A stretch of DNA of 64,000 bases from an uncultured bacterium (GCA_905214265.1 CAJMLQ010000002.1:8182-72181), one strand, 5' to 3'. Positions 37,436 through 47,330 are shown, numbered from the stretch's first letter. Numbers and translations: made by a program. The notes: a model not told the origin generated them from the sequence alone.

Positions 37436-40400
37436 TTATTCTGCGAAGCACAGCTCGTAGGTCTTGATCTCGAAGGGCTTTACGAAATCCGTGAAAGAGG
37501 TCCCGTCCAGGGGAATTTCCCGGAGCCGCCGTTCCATCAGATCGCATTCGTAGACCGCCTTCAGCGGGCGGCCTGCCGTAACGGTGTTGCGGACGGCCAT
37601 ATTGCGGTTTTCGTAGAGCCGAAGGATGGCGGAATCCCGTTCCTCCGCTTGTTTGGCCATCTCGAGAAAGCAGTTTTCCCGGCTGCAGCGGAACATGGAG
37701 AAGCTTTCCGGCAGGCTGCCGTCTCCGGCTGCCGGGACGCCGTACAGCGGAATGTTGAGCTGATAGGCCTGTTCGACGGTGCCGCTTTCCTGCCAGCGCC
37801 CCCGGTGGGGGTAAATCGAGTAAGTGAACCGGTGTGCTCCCCGGTCAGCGTCGGAATTGGGATAGCATCCGGCCTTGATGAGGCTCAGCTCCAGCCGTCC
37901 GTTTTTCGCGCAGTAGCCGTACTTGCAGTCGTTTAACAGGCTCAGGCCCGCTCCGTTGTCCGAGAGGTCGGCCCACTTGTGTCCGCAGGTCTCGAATTTG
38001 GCGGAATCCCAGCTGTGGTTGCAGGTTGTCTCCCGCTCCACGTTGCCGAACTGGATCTCAAAGGAGGCCTTGGTGGCGTTGACCGCCACAGGGAATTCCG
38101 CCTTCAGCAGAAGATTGTTGTCCTGCCAGTCCGCTTCGGTGTCGAAGTCGATGCGGGGCAGGTTCGGGTAAAGCCGGATGTTCTGGGTGACGATGGAGTT
38201 GGAAAACCGTAAGGTCCTGCGAAGGGTGCAGCGGACCGGGCCCCATTCCGAGATGGAGATCCCACTGTTTGCATCGGCGGGGTAGGGCTTGCGGCGGTAG
38301 TAGTCGTCCAGATCCCAGTTGTCCCAGTTGCCCGGCCGGTCCTCGTAGGTTATCAGCAGGTTTCCGGCGTCTCCGGCGGGAATCAGGTCCAGGCCACTTT
38401 CCTTTTCGATCAGCGAGGCCAGGGCACCGTCCTCCCGGAATTCTGCCCGGTAGAACTCGTTTTCGAAGGTCCTGCCGCAGTCAGCCAGCGTGGGAGCGGT
38501 CTCGCCCTTTTCCAGCCGGAAGACCCGGTATCCCGCCGCCGGAACGTCCTGGGCATAAAAGAGCAGGGTACCGGCTTCGGTGTATTGAACCGGGACCCGC
38601 CCGGCCTCCGAAACCGCCCAGGCGAAGGGACCACCCTCCGGCGCAGGAATTTCCGCCACATCATTGCGATCAAAGCCCAGGGGATTGTAGAGAAGCACCG
38701 CGATCCCTTCCGCCTCCGCCCGGGACGCAAGGAACTCCAGCCGCTCGTTTAGCAGCACCCGGCCTTTTTCAAGAATTTCCGCGTATTCTTGGTCCGTGGT
38801 TCGGTAGACCTCACTGATGCTGCTCCCCGGGATGATGTCGTGGAACTGGTTGAGGAGAATAACGTCCCAGCCCTTCTGGATCTCCTCCGACGGATAGGAA
38901 AGTCCCAGCTCTGCCGCTGTGACGGAAAGAGTTTCCAAAGTCTCATAAAGCAGTTCGGACTTCCGGTTATTCCGTTTGTTTTTGGCAGCGGAGGTGTAGG
39001 TACCGCGGTGCCGTTCAAAGTAAAGTTCCCCATCCCAGGTGGGCATCTCCGGCAGACCCGAAATTTTCTCCCGGACTCCGGCAAGAAAGTCGATCTCCGG
39101 CCGCTGGACCACCCGGGGGATACCAGGCAGGCCGTACTGCAGCCGCTTGGCGCTTTCCAGCATCTCCTTGGTAGGGCCGCCGCCGCCATCGCCGTAGCCG
39201 AAAAGCAGGAGAGTCTCTTCGGTCAGATCCTTGTTCTGGAACCGTCCGAAGGTGCCCAGGGCCATATTGGGAGTGATGTCGCCAGTGTAGGTGGTAGTGT
39301 TGCGGGATTCGCTGAAGGTGACGGCCCCGGTATCGGCCTGGGCGTTGCAGGTGGTGGGCATGTAGACGAAAATCTCGGTCCCGTCCAGCCCGCGCCAGAG
39401 GAAGGTGTCGTTGGGCAGCTGGTTTTGCTGGTTCCAGGAGATTTTCGTGGTCATGAAGGTCTCAATGCCGGATTTTTTGAGAATCTGGGGCAGGGCAGCA
39501 CTATAGCCGAAGACGTCGGGAAGCCAGAGACTGCGGCTTTCCTTGCCGAATTCGTTCAGGAAAAAGCGGCGGCCCTTGAGGATCTGCCGTACCAGGGATT
39601 CCCCGGCTGGGAGGTTGCAGTCAGCCTCCAGCCACATAGCGCCATCCACCTCCCAGCGGCCCTCGGCAACCCGGCGCTTGATCTCCTCGTAAAGCTCCGG
39701 CTGCTGTTCCTTGACAAACTGGTAGAGGATGGGCTGGCTGGACATGAACCGATAGTCCGGGTACTGCTCCATCAGCCGCAGGACGGTGGAGAAGCTCCGG
39801 ACTGCCTTCTCCCGGGTCTGCTCCACGGTCCAGAGCCAGGCGATGTCGATGTGGGTGTGCCCGATGGCGCTGACCGTGGGGACCCCAGGGTTCGGCGCGG
39901 TGTAAAAGGCATCCCGCAGGACTGTGCCGGCCTCGTCCAGAGAGCGGTAGAATGCTTCACTTCCCGGATTCCGGAGATCCACCCGGTCCAGGGAACGCTC
40001 CACCACCTCCAAAATGCGGCGGCAGTTGTCCGGATCCCGCCCGGCCAGCAACGCCGCGGCGTCCACCGGCAGCTTCAGGTCGTACCAGTAGGCTTCTGTC
40101 CGACGATCCAGTACTGCTAACTCTGTTCGCAGCAGCAGATCTCCCGGCACCGAACCGCTGAAGGCGAGAAAAGCGATCTCATACCGCTGCCCCGCCTCCG
40201 CACAGCTGCTGAGTAGGACCCGGGTGTGATTGACGTCCACGCCTTGGACCGGCTTTCCGTCCAGGTAAAAAAGCATCTGAGGGTTGGTGGCGTCCCATTG
40301 CCCCTCCCGGCCGGTGATGAGGACAAATTCCACCGCACATCCGGCAAATTCCGCCGGGATTTTTACTGTCGTCCGGAACCAGCGATGCCGTTCCAACCCG

Positions 40401-40576
40401 CTCCAGGGCGTTCCGGCTTCCCAGTCCGTCCAATCGTCGGTGGAGCAGACGGCGCCGTCTTCCCGCCTTCCGTCCCAAATCCGGTAACGGGTCACCGGAA
40501 CCCGCGCGGGGACCAGCATTTCTTGTAAATCCTTGAGGATTCGCTGCGCCCGTTCCAGGGAAAATTGTGTATTCAT
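37436..40576 (-). CDS. GH38-family alpha-mannosidase
   Basis: 1046 aa. The N-terminal catalytic-domain motif IGHTHIDIAWLWT and the overall length fit cytoplasmic bacterial GH38. No signal peptide. Confidence 0.85.
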   Translation of the reverse strand: MNTQFSLERAQRILKDLQEMLVPARVPVTRYRIWDGRREDGAVCSTDDWTDWEAGTPWSGLERHRWFRTTVKIPAEFAGCAVEFVLITGREGQWDATNPQMLFYLDGKPVQGVDVNHTRVLLSSCAEAGQRYEIAFLAFSGSVPGDLLLRTELAVLDRRTEAYWYDLKLPVDAAALLAGRDPDNCRRILEVVERSLDRVDLRNPGSEAFYRSLDEAGTVLRDAFYTAPNPGVPTVSAIGHTHIDIAWLWTVEQTREKAVRSFSTVLRLMEQYPDYRFMSSQPILYQFVKEQQPELYEEIKRRVAEGRWEVDGAMWLEADCNLPAGESLVRQILKGRRFFLNEFGKESRSLWLPDVFGYSAALPQILKKSGIETFMTTKISWNQQNQLPNDTFLWRGLDGTEIFVYMPTTCNAQADTGAVTFSESRNTTTYTGDITPNMALGTFGRFQNKDLTEETLLLFGYGDGGGGPTKEMLESAKRLQYGLPGIPRVVQRPEIDFLAGVREKISGLPEMPTWDGELYFERHRGTYTSAAKNKRNNRKSELLYETLETLSVTAAELGLSYPSEEIQKGWDVILLNQFHDIIPGSSISEVYRTTDQEYAEILEKGRVLLNERLEFLASRAEAEGIAVLLYNPLGFDRNDVAEIPAPEGGPFAWAVSEAGRVPVQYTEAGTLLFYAQDVPAAGYRVFRLEKGETAPTLADCGRTFENEFYRAEFREDGALASLIEKESGLDLIPAGDAGNLLITYEDRPGNWDNWDLDDYYRRKPYPADANSGISISEWGPVRCTLRRTLRFSNSIVTQNIRLYPNLPRIDFDTEADWQDNNLLLKAEFPVAVNATKASFEIQFGNVERETTCNHSWDSAKFETCGHKWADLSDNGAGLSLLNDCKYGYCAKNGRLELSLIKAGCYPNSDADRGAHRFTYSIYPHRGRWQESGTVEQAYQLNIPLYGVPAAGDGSLPESFSMFRCSRENCFLEMAKQAEERDSAILRLYENRNMAVRNTVTAGRPLKAVYECDLMERRLREIPLDGTSFTDFVKPFEIKTYELCFAE

Positions 40577-40689
40577 TGGCGAACCTTCTTTCCAAAAAAG
40601 GAGTTATTATCAGAATATCGGAAAGAAATGGTTTCGTCTATACACCGGCACTTGAAAATCTCCGCATTTTTCACGAAAATTGCAAAAAA

Positions 40690-40705
40690 GGGTCCTGCAG
40701 GACCC
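40690..40705. terminator. Bidirectional terminator (perfect palindrome GGGTCCTGCAGGACCC)
   Basis: Flanked by A6 upstream and T5 downstream. It closes the SDR operon and separates it from the GH38 gene. Confidence 0.7.
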
Positions 40706-40717
40706 TTTTTGAAAAAT

Positions 40718-41461
40718 TTACAGGCTCTTCCCACCGTCCACATAAATGCTCTGTCCGGTGATGTACCGTCCTTCTTTGGAGCAGAGCAGCCGGACGATCC
40801 CCGCGCAGTCCTCCTTCTCCCCGTAAAAGCCCATGGGAATCAGGCTGGACACTACCCGGGCATATGCTTCGTCGCTGAGGGCCTCCCGATTGCGGTCGGT
40901 ATTGATAACGCCGGGGGCTACATTGTTGACGGTGATACCGTCAGGAGCCAGCTGCCCAGCCAGTGAGCGGACAAAAGCAGTCTGCCCCGCCTTTGACGCT
41001 GCATAGACCAGCATTTCCGGGTGGGGCTTTGCTTCCTGGACGCTGCCGATGGTGACGATGCGGCCCCATCCCTTTTTCCGCATGGCGGGGACCGCCCCCT
41101 GAATGAGCAGCAGGGAAGCCAGCATGTTGCAGTCCACCTGTTGACGGAAATCTGAAACCGTCAGGCTTTCCCAGTCCTTTTTTATCTGGACAGATGCGTT
41201 GAGAACCAGAATGTCCACCTCTCCCACCTGGGCCATCAGCCCGGCCGCTTCTTCCAGATTGGTCAGATCTGTCTGGAAGACTTCGGCGCGGCGGCCCATG
41301 GCGGCAATCTCATCGGCAGTTTCCCGGGCGCGGGCAATGTTCCCGGCACAGTGGACAGCGATATCCGCACCGCCCCGGGCCAGCTCCAGGGCAATGGCGC
41401 TGCCGATCCCCCGGCTGGAGCCGGTGACCAGCGCGCGTTTCCCTGTCAGGTCAAATTCCAT
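40718..41461 (-). CDS. SDR-family oxidoreductase
   Basis: TGSSRGIG cofactor motif and YAASKAG catalytic YxxxK. ATG 41461 has better RBS spacing (AGAGGAG) than 41470. Confidence 0.85.
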   Translation of the reverse strand: MEFDLTGKRALVTGSSRGIGSAIALELARGGADIAVHCAGNIARARETADEIAAMGRRAEVFQTDLTNLEEAAGLMAQVGEVDILVLNASVQIKKDWESLTVSDFRQQVDCNMLASLLLIQGAVPAMRKKGWGRIVTIGSVQEAKPHPEMLVYAASKAGQTAFVRSLAGQLAPDGITVNNVAPGVINTDRNREALSDEAYARVVSSLIPMGFYGEKEDCAGIVRLLCSKEGRYITGQSIYVDGGKSL

Positions 41462-41485
41462 AAAAGGCATCTCCTCTTTCCAGTG

Positions 41486-42178
41486 TCAGTGGACAGCAGC
41501 CAGAATTTCCTCCGGCGTAACCGGCCGCCCCAGCTCCATGATGTATCCGTGCCGCCCCCGGGAGGTGTATACCTCCGGGTCCTCCGTGTTGCTGGCGAAC
41601 ATTCCGTAATGGGTGGGGATCGCCGCTTGGGGGCGCAGTACCTCTGTCAGACGGGTGGCCTCCTCCGCATTCATGTTTCCCAGCTTGCCGTTGATGCAGA
41701 CGAAAAGGAATTCCGGCTTTTCCGCGGCCATCTCCTCCAGCCGGGGATTCCACAGAGTATCCCCGGTGAAGTAAAAGCTCTGGCCACCCCACTTTGCCAG
41801 TACGCCAATGGCATCGATGGAGTGGTTCGCAAAGACCGCCGTGAAGGCGAACGGTCCTACTGTTATTGTATCACCCAGGTCAAGGGAGTGGATGCGGACG
41901 CAGCCCAGCTCCTCCAAATGCTTCCGGCAGGAAGACGGCGCATAGAAATCGATGTGCTCCCTGTCCATCCGGCGGATAGCGTCGGGATCCAGATGATCTA
42001 GATGGTCGTGGGTGCAGATCACCGCTCCGGAAACCTCCTTCGGCAGAATGGGCGGTTCCACCATCCGGGGCCGCCCCGCCGCATGGTTCACAGCGTCGGA
42101 AAGATAGGGATCCAGAAATATCTGGGTGCCGCTGTCCTCCAGCAGGTATCCGCTCTGGCCAAGCCAGGTAATGGTCAT
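41486..42178 (-). CDS. MBL-fold metallo-hydrolase (UlaG/lactonase-like)
   Basis: VICTHDHLDHLD (HxHxDH) metal motif. About 230 aa. Confidence 0.8.
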   Translation of the reverse strand: MTITWLGQSGYLLEDSGTQIFLDPYLSDAVNHAAGRPRMVEPPILPKEVSGAVICTHDHLDHLDPDAIRRMDREHIDFYAPSSCRKHLEELGCVRIHSLDLGDTITVGPFAFTAVFANHSIDAIGVLAKWGGQSFYFTGDTLWNPRLEEMAAEKPEFLFVCINGKLGNMNAEEATRLTEVLRPQAAIPTHYGMFASNTEDPEVYTSRGRHGYIMELGRPVTPEEILAAVH

Positions 42179-42189
42179 AAAAAACCTCC

Positions 42190-43104
42190 TTACAGCGCAG
42201 TCTGGGTGTCATTGGGGTCACCATTGCGAGCCAGCTCGTATTCCCTGGACCAGTCCAGATCTCGGTATTCCTCGCCCCGGGGATCCGTCCGGATCCATTC
42301 CAGCAGCAGGTCCAGCATCTCCTCCGTCCAGGTATTGCGGTCGATTTGGGCGGTGGTGAAGCGGTTCTGGGCGATCATTTCAAAGCCGAAATCATCCTTG
42401 ACGTGAGTTTTCGCCGCGCCCTCCACCACGTCGGCCACCAGATGGCTGGGGATAAACAGCACGCCGCCGCCGGCTCCGAAAACCACGTCCCCGGGCAGGC
42501 AGACCGCCCCGCCGAAGTTGGTAATGGTGTTGAATCCGGTCATGACGAATTCCCGGATGGGAGTGGGGTCGATGCCCCGATAGTACACCTGGACGCCCTC
42601 CACTTTTTTCATCTGCTCCACATCCCGGACGCCGCCCCAGATCACCGCTCCGCCGCTTTTGGTGCGGGTTTTGATAGCGGTAGTCAGGTTCCCGCCCACA
42701 AAGGTGCCTTTGTAGATCTTGTCGTACATATCGGCCACCACCACGTCGCGTTCCATCAGAGAGTCGATAACCCACTGGTTATAATTTCCACGGCGGCACT
42801 CCTCCGAACCTTTCTGGAACATCCGCTCGTGGAGGTCAGGGCGTGTGGGGCAGAAATTGCAGGTCACTGCCCGGCCCACCAGCTTCCGGCCATCGTCGTG
42901 GAGAGCCTGGAGGGGAGCCCGCCCTCCTCCCACAAACTGATTTTCGTATCCCAGCACGAAGATGGGCTTCCACACCTCCTCCAGGGTCATGCCGTAGAGG
43001 GCGTCCAGGTATTTATCCGCCACTCTTGGCCGCCCGTCGGGCAGCCGTTCGCCCTCCCATTGAGGCGTCAGAGCAATGATCTCTTCCCGGTCGTTGAAAT
43101 TCAC
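42190..43104 (-). CDS. RraA-family protein (class II aldolase/decarboxylase-like), extended form
   Basis: GGAVIWGGVRDVEQM and CLPGDVVFGAGGGVLFIP motifs of the RraA / 4-hydroxy-2-oxoglutarate-aldolase-type fold. At 304 aa it is longer than typical RraA. Confidence 0.7.
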   Translation of the reverse strand: MNFNDREEIIALTPQWEGERLPDGRPRVADKYLDALYGMTLEEVWKPIFVLGYENQFVGGGRAPLQALHDDGRKLVGRAVTCNFCPTRPDLHERMFQKGSEECRRGNYNQWVIDSLMERDVVVADMYDKIYKGTFVGGNLTTAIKTRTKSGGAVIWGGVRDVEQMKKVEGVQVYYRGIDPTPIREFVMTGFNTITNFGGAVCLPGDVVFGAGGGVLFIPSHLVADVVEGAAKTHVKDDFGFEMIAQNRFTTAQIDRNTWTEEMLDLLLEWIRTDPRGEEYRDLDWSREYELARNGDPNDTQTAL

Positions 43105-43119
43105 AGAAACTACCTCCTT

Positions 43120-44466
43120 TTAACTCCAGATGCGGTCGTTTGAGAATTCCCTGTCCCATTGGAAGGTCGATTCCCACATGCCGGGAATGTCCGGGTTAAT
43201 GTGCTGGGCGATGAGTTCCTCGTTGAGGCCGTCGAAGCCCAGCCCCGGCTTTTCCGGAACCGTGATGAAACCGTCCCGGATCAGGGGGTCGGGCAGCCCG
43301 GTGACGAGATCTTTCCACCAGGGCACGTCCACCGAGTGGAATTCCAGGGCCAGGACGTTGTGCATGGCTGCCGCCGCGTGGACCGCCGCCATGCAGGCCA
43401 CTGGGCTCTCCGCCATGTGAACCGCCACCGCTACCCCGTTCTCGTCGGCGATGTCGGCGATCTTTTTCAGCTCCAACGCCCCGCCGCAGGTGAGCACATC
43501 CGGATGGATCACCGAAACGCCGCCGGCTTTGATGAGAGCTTCGAAACCCTCCTTCAGGTAGATGTCCTCGCCGGTGCAGATGGGGACGGTGGTGGAATTG
43601 CGCATCCGGACATACTGATCGGTGTACATCCAGGGGACCATATCCTCTGCCCAAGCCAGGTTGTAGGGTTCCATCCGCCGCAGGAAGCGGATGCAGTCCT
43701 CCACGCAGACATGGCCGAAGTGGTCGATGGCCAGAGGGACCTCATACCCGATGACCGACCGCACATCTTTGACGTACTGCTCCAAAATGTCCAGTCCCTT
43801 TTCCGTCAGGTGGATGCCGGTGAAGGGGTGGGCCGTGGTGACGATCTGGTAGCTTTTCTGCTGCTTGACCATATCCGCTGTGACGGAGCCTCCCTGCACA
43901 TTTAAAATATGGGGCGCGTAGGCTTTCATCTCTTCCAGATACCCCAATGGGGCGTTGAGCGCGCCAGGCTCGTCCAGGAGCAGGCCGATGCCCAGATCCA
44001 TTTTCAGGAAGGTGAAACCCATCTCCAGCCGCTTTTTCAGGGCGCGCCCCATGTCCAGACCGGTGTGCTTGCCGTCTACGTCGGTGTCGCAGTAGACCCG
44101 CACCCGATCCCGGAACCGCCCGCCCAGCAGCTGATAGAGGGGCACGCTATAGGCCTTGCCCGCCAGATCCCACAGGGCGATCTCCACACCGGAGACGCCG
44201 CCCCCCTGGCGGGAGTGACCACCAAACTGCTTGATTTTTCGGAAGAGCCGGTCCACATCGCAGGGGTTTTCTCCCAGCAGCCGGCTTTTGAGCATCAGCG
44301 CATAGGTTTTGCTGGAAGCGTCCCGGATCTCGCCGTAGCCGGTAAGCCCCTGATTGGTTTCCATTTTCAGGAGCGTGCAGCGCTTGGGCGCTCCATCGAT
44401 GTCCACGAAGCGCATATCGGTGATTTTCAGCTCCGATGGGCTGGAACAGCGGTTAAAATCTGCCAT
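43120..44466 (-). CDS. Enolase-superfamily (mandelate racemase/muconate lactonizing) sugar-acid dehydratase-like enzyme
   Basis: Metal-ligand contexts LAIDHFG, LAWAEDM, CTGEDIY. N-terminal capping-domain pattern LTGYGE...GVEIALWDLAGK. Confidence 0.8.
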   Translation of the reverse strand: MADFNRCSSPSELKITDMRFVDIDGAPKRCTLLKMETNQGLTGYGEIRDASSKTYALMLKSRLLGENPCDVDRLFRKIKQFGGHSRQGGGVSGVEIALWDLAGKAYSVPLYQLLGGRFRDRVRVYCDTDVDGKHTGLDMGRALKKRLEMGFTFLKMDLGIGLLLDEPGALNAPLGYLEEMKAYAPHILNVQGGSVTADMVKQQKSYQIVTTAHPFTGIHLTEKGLDILEQYVKDVRSVIGYEVPLAIDHFGHVCVEDCIRFLRRMEPYNLAWAEDMVPWMYTDQYVRMRNSTTVPICTGEDIYLKEGFEALIKAGGVSVIHPDVLTCGGALELKKIADIADENGVAVAVHMAESPVACMAAVHAAAAMHNVLALEFHSVDVPWWKDLVTGLPDPLIRDGFITVPEKPGLGFDGLNEELIAQHINPDIPGMWESTFQWDREFSNDRIWS

Positions 44467-44491
44467 AAATGATCCCCTTTTTCAAAATGGA

Positions 44492-44519
44492 TTGACTTTG
44501 CCGGCCGGCGTGTTATACT
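44492..44519 (+). promoter_or_regulatory. Candidate promoter of the AraC gene (TTGACT-16-TGtTATACT)
   Basis: TTGACT 44492-44497 and extended -10 with TATACT 44514-44519. Confidence 0.45.
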
Positions 44520-44567
44520 GTATTTATCATACTGGAAGCGGCGGGGAAAGTCATCACGAATCTTACC

Positions 44568-45488
44568 GTGCTTCCAAACTATTTTCCGATTGGAGGGATC
44601 GGCTTGACAGAGGTCTATCTTCCCGAGGCAGCCCGGGACAGCTATCTGCTGCATCTTTTTGAGGTGGAGCCGGCTCCCGGCCCCCGCGCCTTCCGGGAGC
44701 ACCGGCACAGCTGGTTTGAGATCGTCCTGTTCAAACAGGGCTATGGAACCTACCAGACCTCCCGGACGTCCTACGATATCCTGGAAGGAGACGTCTTCGT
44801 CTTTTCCAGCAACGAGATTCACTCCATCACCGAGATCAGCGCCAGCCCCCGGATGCGGCTGATGAACCTGCACTTTGATCCCCGTTATTATCTGGACGCC
44901 CCCTACGACGGCCTGTCCCAGATGAATTTTTCCTTTTTCAGCGGCCACGGAGAGGAATTTGAAAACCGTCTTCCCCGGGAGCACCCGGCCACCATTCAGA
45001 TCCGCGAACTGCTCCGGTCTATCGAGAGAGAATTTCTGAAAAAAGGTCCAGAATATGCTTGGGCGGTTCGGGCAGACCTCTCCCGTATCCTTCTTCTTCT
45101 GATCCGACAGCTTCAGTACGGTGCCCCGCGTTTTCCGGACGGAAGCACTCAGCGCCTGGAGGCGGTCCGTGATGCGGTGGATTACATCCGCAGCCACCTG
45201 ACCGAGGAACTGACCCTGGAAGATATTGCCCGGGCGGCGCGGCTGAGTCCCAATTACTTTTCCACCCTCTTTCGCCAGGTCAGCGGCCAGGCCCTCTGGG
45301 ACTATGTTACAGCGCGCCGGATCGAACGGGCCATGCGGCTCCTGGAACTGGACAGCGGTCAGACCGTGCTGGATATCGCCACCCAGTGCGGTTTCAACAA
45401 CACGGCGAATTTTAACAAAATGTTCAAAAAGCACACCGGCCGTACCCCCAGCGAGTACCGAAAGCATGGTGTTAGCGCGCTGTATTAA
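44568..45488 (+). CDS. AraC-family transcriptional regulator with cupin domain
   Basis: Cupin HRHSWFEIVLFKQGYGTY...GDVFVFSSNEIH. C-terminal HTH LEDIARAARLSPNYFSTLFRQ...IATQCGFNNTANFNKMFKKHTGRTPSEY. GTG 44568 has a weak RBS. TTG 44604 lies 6 nt after GGAGGG and is a likely alternative start. Confidence 0.8.
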   Translation: MLPNYFPIGGIGLTEVYLPEAARDSYLLHLFEVEPAPGPRAFREHRHSWFEIVLFKQGYGTYQTSRTSYDILEGDVFVFSSNEIHSITEISASPRMRLMNLHFDPRYYLDAPYDGLSQMNFSFFSGHGEEFENRLPREHPATIQIRELLRSIEREFLKKGPEYAWAVRADLSRILLLLIRQLQYGAPRFPDGSTQRLEAVRDAVDYIRSHLTEELTLEDIARAARLSPNYFSTLFRQVSGQALWDYVTARRIERAMRLLELDSGQTVLDIATQCGFNNTANFNKMFKKHTGRTPSEYRKHGVSALY

Positions 45489-45665
45489 GAAATTCATCAG
45501 TACAGGGATTTCCATGATAACAGTACAGGTGACCTTATTCTGCTTCGGGATGCGGAAGCATTTCCAACTTTCTGCTTCGTTTAGAAAGAATTTTACGAAT
45601 TTTGTCAAGCAAAAACGCCTTTCACTGGCGGGAACGCCGGAAGAGGCAGAAGGGGAGTTTCCAGT

Positions 45666-46808
45666 ATGCGGGATTATTTTCATCTGGCGTCTCTTGCTCG
45701 CTTTCTCTTTCCGGTAGACGGCGACTGCCTAAACAGCCGGGACGGGACCCTGCAGGAGGGCCGTCTTTGGATCGAGGCACAGGTTGCGGCGCCGATGGGG
45801 GCGAACATAGCCGTTAACGGCACGGCGGCACAGGAAACTTCGCCCGGGGTTTGGAGCATCCGCCTTCCTCTGGAGGAGGGGAGAACAGAGCTTGCCGCTG
45901 TGGATCGTGCTCACCCTGGGACAGGCGATCGGATCTCAGTTTTCCGCCTGAAGGGCGGAGAGAGGGGTTTCCGCCTGTCAGTCGATGACAACATCCTCTT
46001 TCTGGCAGACCTCACGGAGAACCAGTACCGGTATCATTCGATTTTCGAAAACCCTTATTTGGCCGTGTACCGGTCCGCCCACGAGAAAACCGGGGCCTGC
46101 GTCCATTTGAATCTTTTTTACGAAACCGGGGACCTTTCCCTCTTTTCCAATGAACGGCCATATTTTAACCTTTCCATGATGACCAGCCGATTCCGGGAGG
46201 AGTGGAGGGCCAATGCGCACTGGCTGCGGCTGTCCTTCCACGCCCGTTCTGAATTCCCAAATCGCCCTTATTCGACGCCCGAGGCGGAGAAGATCACCGA
46301 AGATTGCTGCTTGGTTCAGCAGGAAATCCGCCGCTTTGCAGGCGACGAAACGCTGTCGGAGGTAACGACTGTCCACTTTTGTGCCTGTCCGCTGGAAAAT
46401 ATTCGTGCGTTGCGGAAGCTGGGTGTCCGGGGACTGGTCGGGTTTACCGGCGACGGCGGCCAGGTTCGTTCGGGCTACCATGGCTACCATTATCCGCTTG
46501 AGGTGGTACAGCGGGTGGCGAAGCGGCACTTTTGGGTGGATACGGAGGAAAGGATTAGCTGTGCGCGAATCGATTCCATTCTGAATACCATTTCGCCGGA
46601 GGACTTGTCCGGCCAGTTGGAAAAGGCCGGAAAGGATGGGGAACAAAACGGGTTCCTGGAGTTCATGATTCATGAGCAGTATTTCTACTCCGATTATAGC
46701 CGTTATATCCCGGAATTTGGAGACATGGTTCTCACGGCCTGTCAGTTTGCCCGAGACCGGGGTTATACGGGCCGGAGCCTCAGCACCCTGTTTGAGGGAC
46801 TTTTCTGA
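45666..46808 (+). CDS. Hypothetical protein (380 aa), function unknown
   Basis: RBS AAGGGGAG. Coding-like composition. No motif I can assign with confidence. No signal peptide or TM. Confidence 0.55.
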   Translation: MRDYFHLASLARFLFPVDGDCLNSRDGTLQEGRLWIEAQVAAPMGANIAVNGTAAQETSPGVWSIRLPLEEGRTELAAVDRAHPGTGDRISVFRLKGGERGFRLSVDDNILFLADLTENQYRYHSIFENPYLAVYRSAHEKTGACVHLNLFYETGDLSLFSNERPYFNLSMMTSRFREEWRANAHWLRLSFHARSEFPNRPYSTPEAEKITEDCCLVQQEIRRFAGDETLSEVTTVHFCACPLENIRALRKLGVRGLVGFTGDGGQVRSGYHGYHYPLEVVQRVAKRHFWVDTEERISCARIDSILNTISPEDLSGQLEKAGKDGEQNGFLEFMIHEQYFYSDYSRYIPEFGDMVLTACQFARDRGYTGRSLSTLFEGLF

Positions 46809-46829
46809 CTATGAAATAATCGATAAAAA

Positions 46830-46871
46830 GCGGTGCGCTGGAGTAAAAAATGCTCCGGCACACCGCTTTTT
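46830..46871 (+). terminator. Intrinsic terminator
   Basis: 14-bp stem GCGGTGCGCTGGAG / CTCCGGCACACCGC (one mismatch, one G-U) followed by T5. Confidence 0.6.
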
Positions 46872-46892
46872 CGAAAAAGGGCTTGACAAGAC

Positions 46893-46936
46893 TGTCTAAT
46901 CGTGTTAGTCTAATAGTAGACTAATAACATTAGACA
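46893..46936. promoter_or_regulatory. 44-bp imperfect palindrome, candidate BlaI-type operator overlapping the promoter
   Basis: TGTCTAAT-N4-TTAGTCTA | ATAG | TAGACTAA-N4-ATTAGACA. TTGACA (-35) at 46883-46888, with TAGTCT 17 nt downstream. It ends 15 nt before ATG 46951. Confidence 0.55.
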
Positions 46937-46950
46937 ATGGAGGGATTCAG

Positions 46951-47325
46951 ATGGAACCATACAAACTAGGTGAAATGGAAGGAAGGCTGGCGGAGCTGAT
47001 CTGGGCCCATGCGCCGGTCAGCACCCGGAATTTGATCGGACTGTGCGCGGAGGCCTTCGGATGGAAACGGACAACAACCTACACTATGCTCAAGCGGCTG
47101 TGCGAACGGGGTATTTTTGCCAGTCAGGACGGGATGGTGACGGCGTTGCTGGCCCGGGAGGATTTTCAGGCCGCGCAGGGGGAACAGTTTCTCAATGAGA
47201 CCTTCGGCGGTTCGCTGCCGCGGTTTTTGGCGGCGTTTACCCGGCGCAGATCTTTAAGCGGGCAGGAAATCCAGGAGATCCAGAAGCTGATCGAGGACTA
47301 TGACAGTGGGGAAGGGGAGAAATAA
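46951..47325 (+). CDS. BlaI/MecI/CopY-family transcriptional repressor
   Basis: 124-aa winged-helix pattern GEMEGRLAELIW...STRNLI...WKRTTTYTMLKRLCERG. Followed 5 nt later by an M56 sensor gene. Confidence 0.85.
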   Translation: MEPYKLGEMEGRLAELIWAHAPVSTRNLIGLCAEAFGWKRTTTYTMLKRLCERGIFASQDGMVTALLAREDFQAAQGEQFLNETFGGSLPRFLAAFTRRRSLSGQEIQEIQKLIEDYDSGEGEK

Positions 47326-47330
47326 ACGGA

